From: Phoronis australis
Taxonomy: Eukaryota; Animalia; Phoronida
Direction of reading: 5' to 3'
Length of the DNA stretch: 64,000 nt
Assembly: GCA_002633005.1 (NCBI GenBank)
Contig: NMRA01000003.1
Location: forward strand, 2,215,172 to 2,279,171
The notes under the pieces were generated by a model, which did not search any database, had not been told where the DNA came from, and saw nothing but the letters and a program-made list of their open reading frames with translations. Each line of letters opens with the position of its first letter. The stretch's first letter is position 1. A program made the position numbers and the translations under genes. This document shows positions 50,330 to 64,000 of the stretch, piece by piece.

Positions 50330-51633
50330 CTAGATCCGCTCGTGTGACTCGCGATAGGTTTACTACGCCTTGTGTGGTAGCTATTATAGATACCAGGATT
50401 TTGGGTACCAGAATACGTGTATGACTTGCAGGATATTGAAAGGCATGGTTTTATCTAAATTGCAGAATTTTACCAGGGATATAGCACACAAGTTAAGCTT
50501 AATATCGACTACACTTTTCAGCCTTAGAGCGTTTTCAAGGGATGCATTAAAACAGTTCACGACAGCATTGCCAGTGACATATTGGCACATGCAGGAGCCA
50601 ACATTTTCAGTGGTATTTATTTTGTCAATGTTGCAATGTAAAGTAGTATTTAGAATCATTGATATTTTATTCATAATTTAATTGATGTACCTTTCACAAG
50701 TCAATATTAATTACCAGTGTCAACTGCATTGTAGCTGTGGTGATAAATTAACACACTGGTTATTAGGGAACAAGTAAGCCATGAAGGAATGAACATGTGG
50801 CATAGTAGCTAGCTTTTCAACATATCCCACAACGAGGCTGTTCACGTCATCAGACCTCTAAGGAGATAATAAAACATCAGAGGGTCACAACAAAAACTTA
50901 CTCCCAATGCAAATACATGTAAATCTCCATGACATAACAGATGTATTTTTTATGCTAATGTAGAGGGAACTAAACGACAATGCTATTAGAAAATCAACTA
51001 CCCAAAAACGAAGTGCAGTTGTATTTATTGACAACTTGTAAATGTGAAAACAAAAAATCAGCAAATAGATGACTTTTTCACCAGTGAGTACCTTGGGGAC
51101 TCACATAACCCACACCATGCAGTGTTATTCTCCAACACCATACTTACTGGACACGGTTGAGTGATTTACGAGGAATCATTTTCGGCACCAAACTCATTCT
51201 TAATAACATTTGACAATTTTCAACCTAGTCCATATTCACATCATCGCTATATATTGTGTTTCCAATCACAGAGATCAGGAATTAGTGTGCAAGTTCCACT
51301 TTAAATCATAACAAACCAACTTTCAGTAAATAAACATATCCAACGTAAACAAAAACAAAAACAAATTCAACTCAATAAAAATTTTAACAACAGCTTTGCT
51401 GCACAGGTAAAAACATATAAAATCATGACAACTAAATCATCGTTTCTCCACTTTCTTACTGAAGAGAATGTATGTGTATGGGATTCATCAGCTTACATAA
51501 ACATTCTTCAAGTGCTATAGAATTTGGAACGAAAATGCATTTCAAAAACAATAAATGACTGGTAGATTGTTTTGGTGATAAAATCCTGGATGAACAGGTT
51601 ATGCACGTAGCGAGGAGCTAGCTTGGCGACGCC

Positions 51634-63985
<12,352 letters not shown>

Positions 63986-64000
63986 CTTAAAGAGAAAAAA

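Overview
AT-rich eukaryotic (invertebrate animal, plausibly lophotrochozoan; taxon cannot be fixed from sequence) genomic scaffold with GT-AG introns and assembly gaps (1659-2002, 20397-20454, 24619-24732, single Ns at 10095 and 52999). Genes: 3' end of an unidentified gene (+), an intronless GT10 alpha-1,3-fucosyltransferase (-), a decayed type II membrane protein gene (-), ABHD13 (-, 6 coding exons) head-to-head with a microsomal epoxide hydrolase EPHX1 (+, 6 coding exons), a 653-aa single-exon orphan ORF (+), and the 3' part of a type I fatty acid synthase (-, DH through TE, running off the window). Intergenic and intronic DNA is packed with nested non-autonomous elements. The most striking non-genic structure is a Helentron-like element carrying a ~450-bp higher-order tandem repeat (3 x ~150-bp monomers) in which nearly every monomer keeps a co-oriented CTCF-consensus-like motif. 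Also present: MITEs with 5- and 6-bp target-site duplications (one carrying a tRNA-like cassette), a THAP-domain relic, tRNA-derived SINEs, a decayed LINE and a perfect 24-bp hairpin bounded by CACAGTG heptamers. All calls come from reading the sequence by eye; no database search was run.
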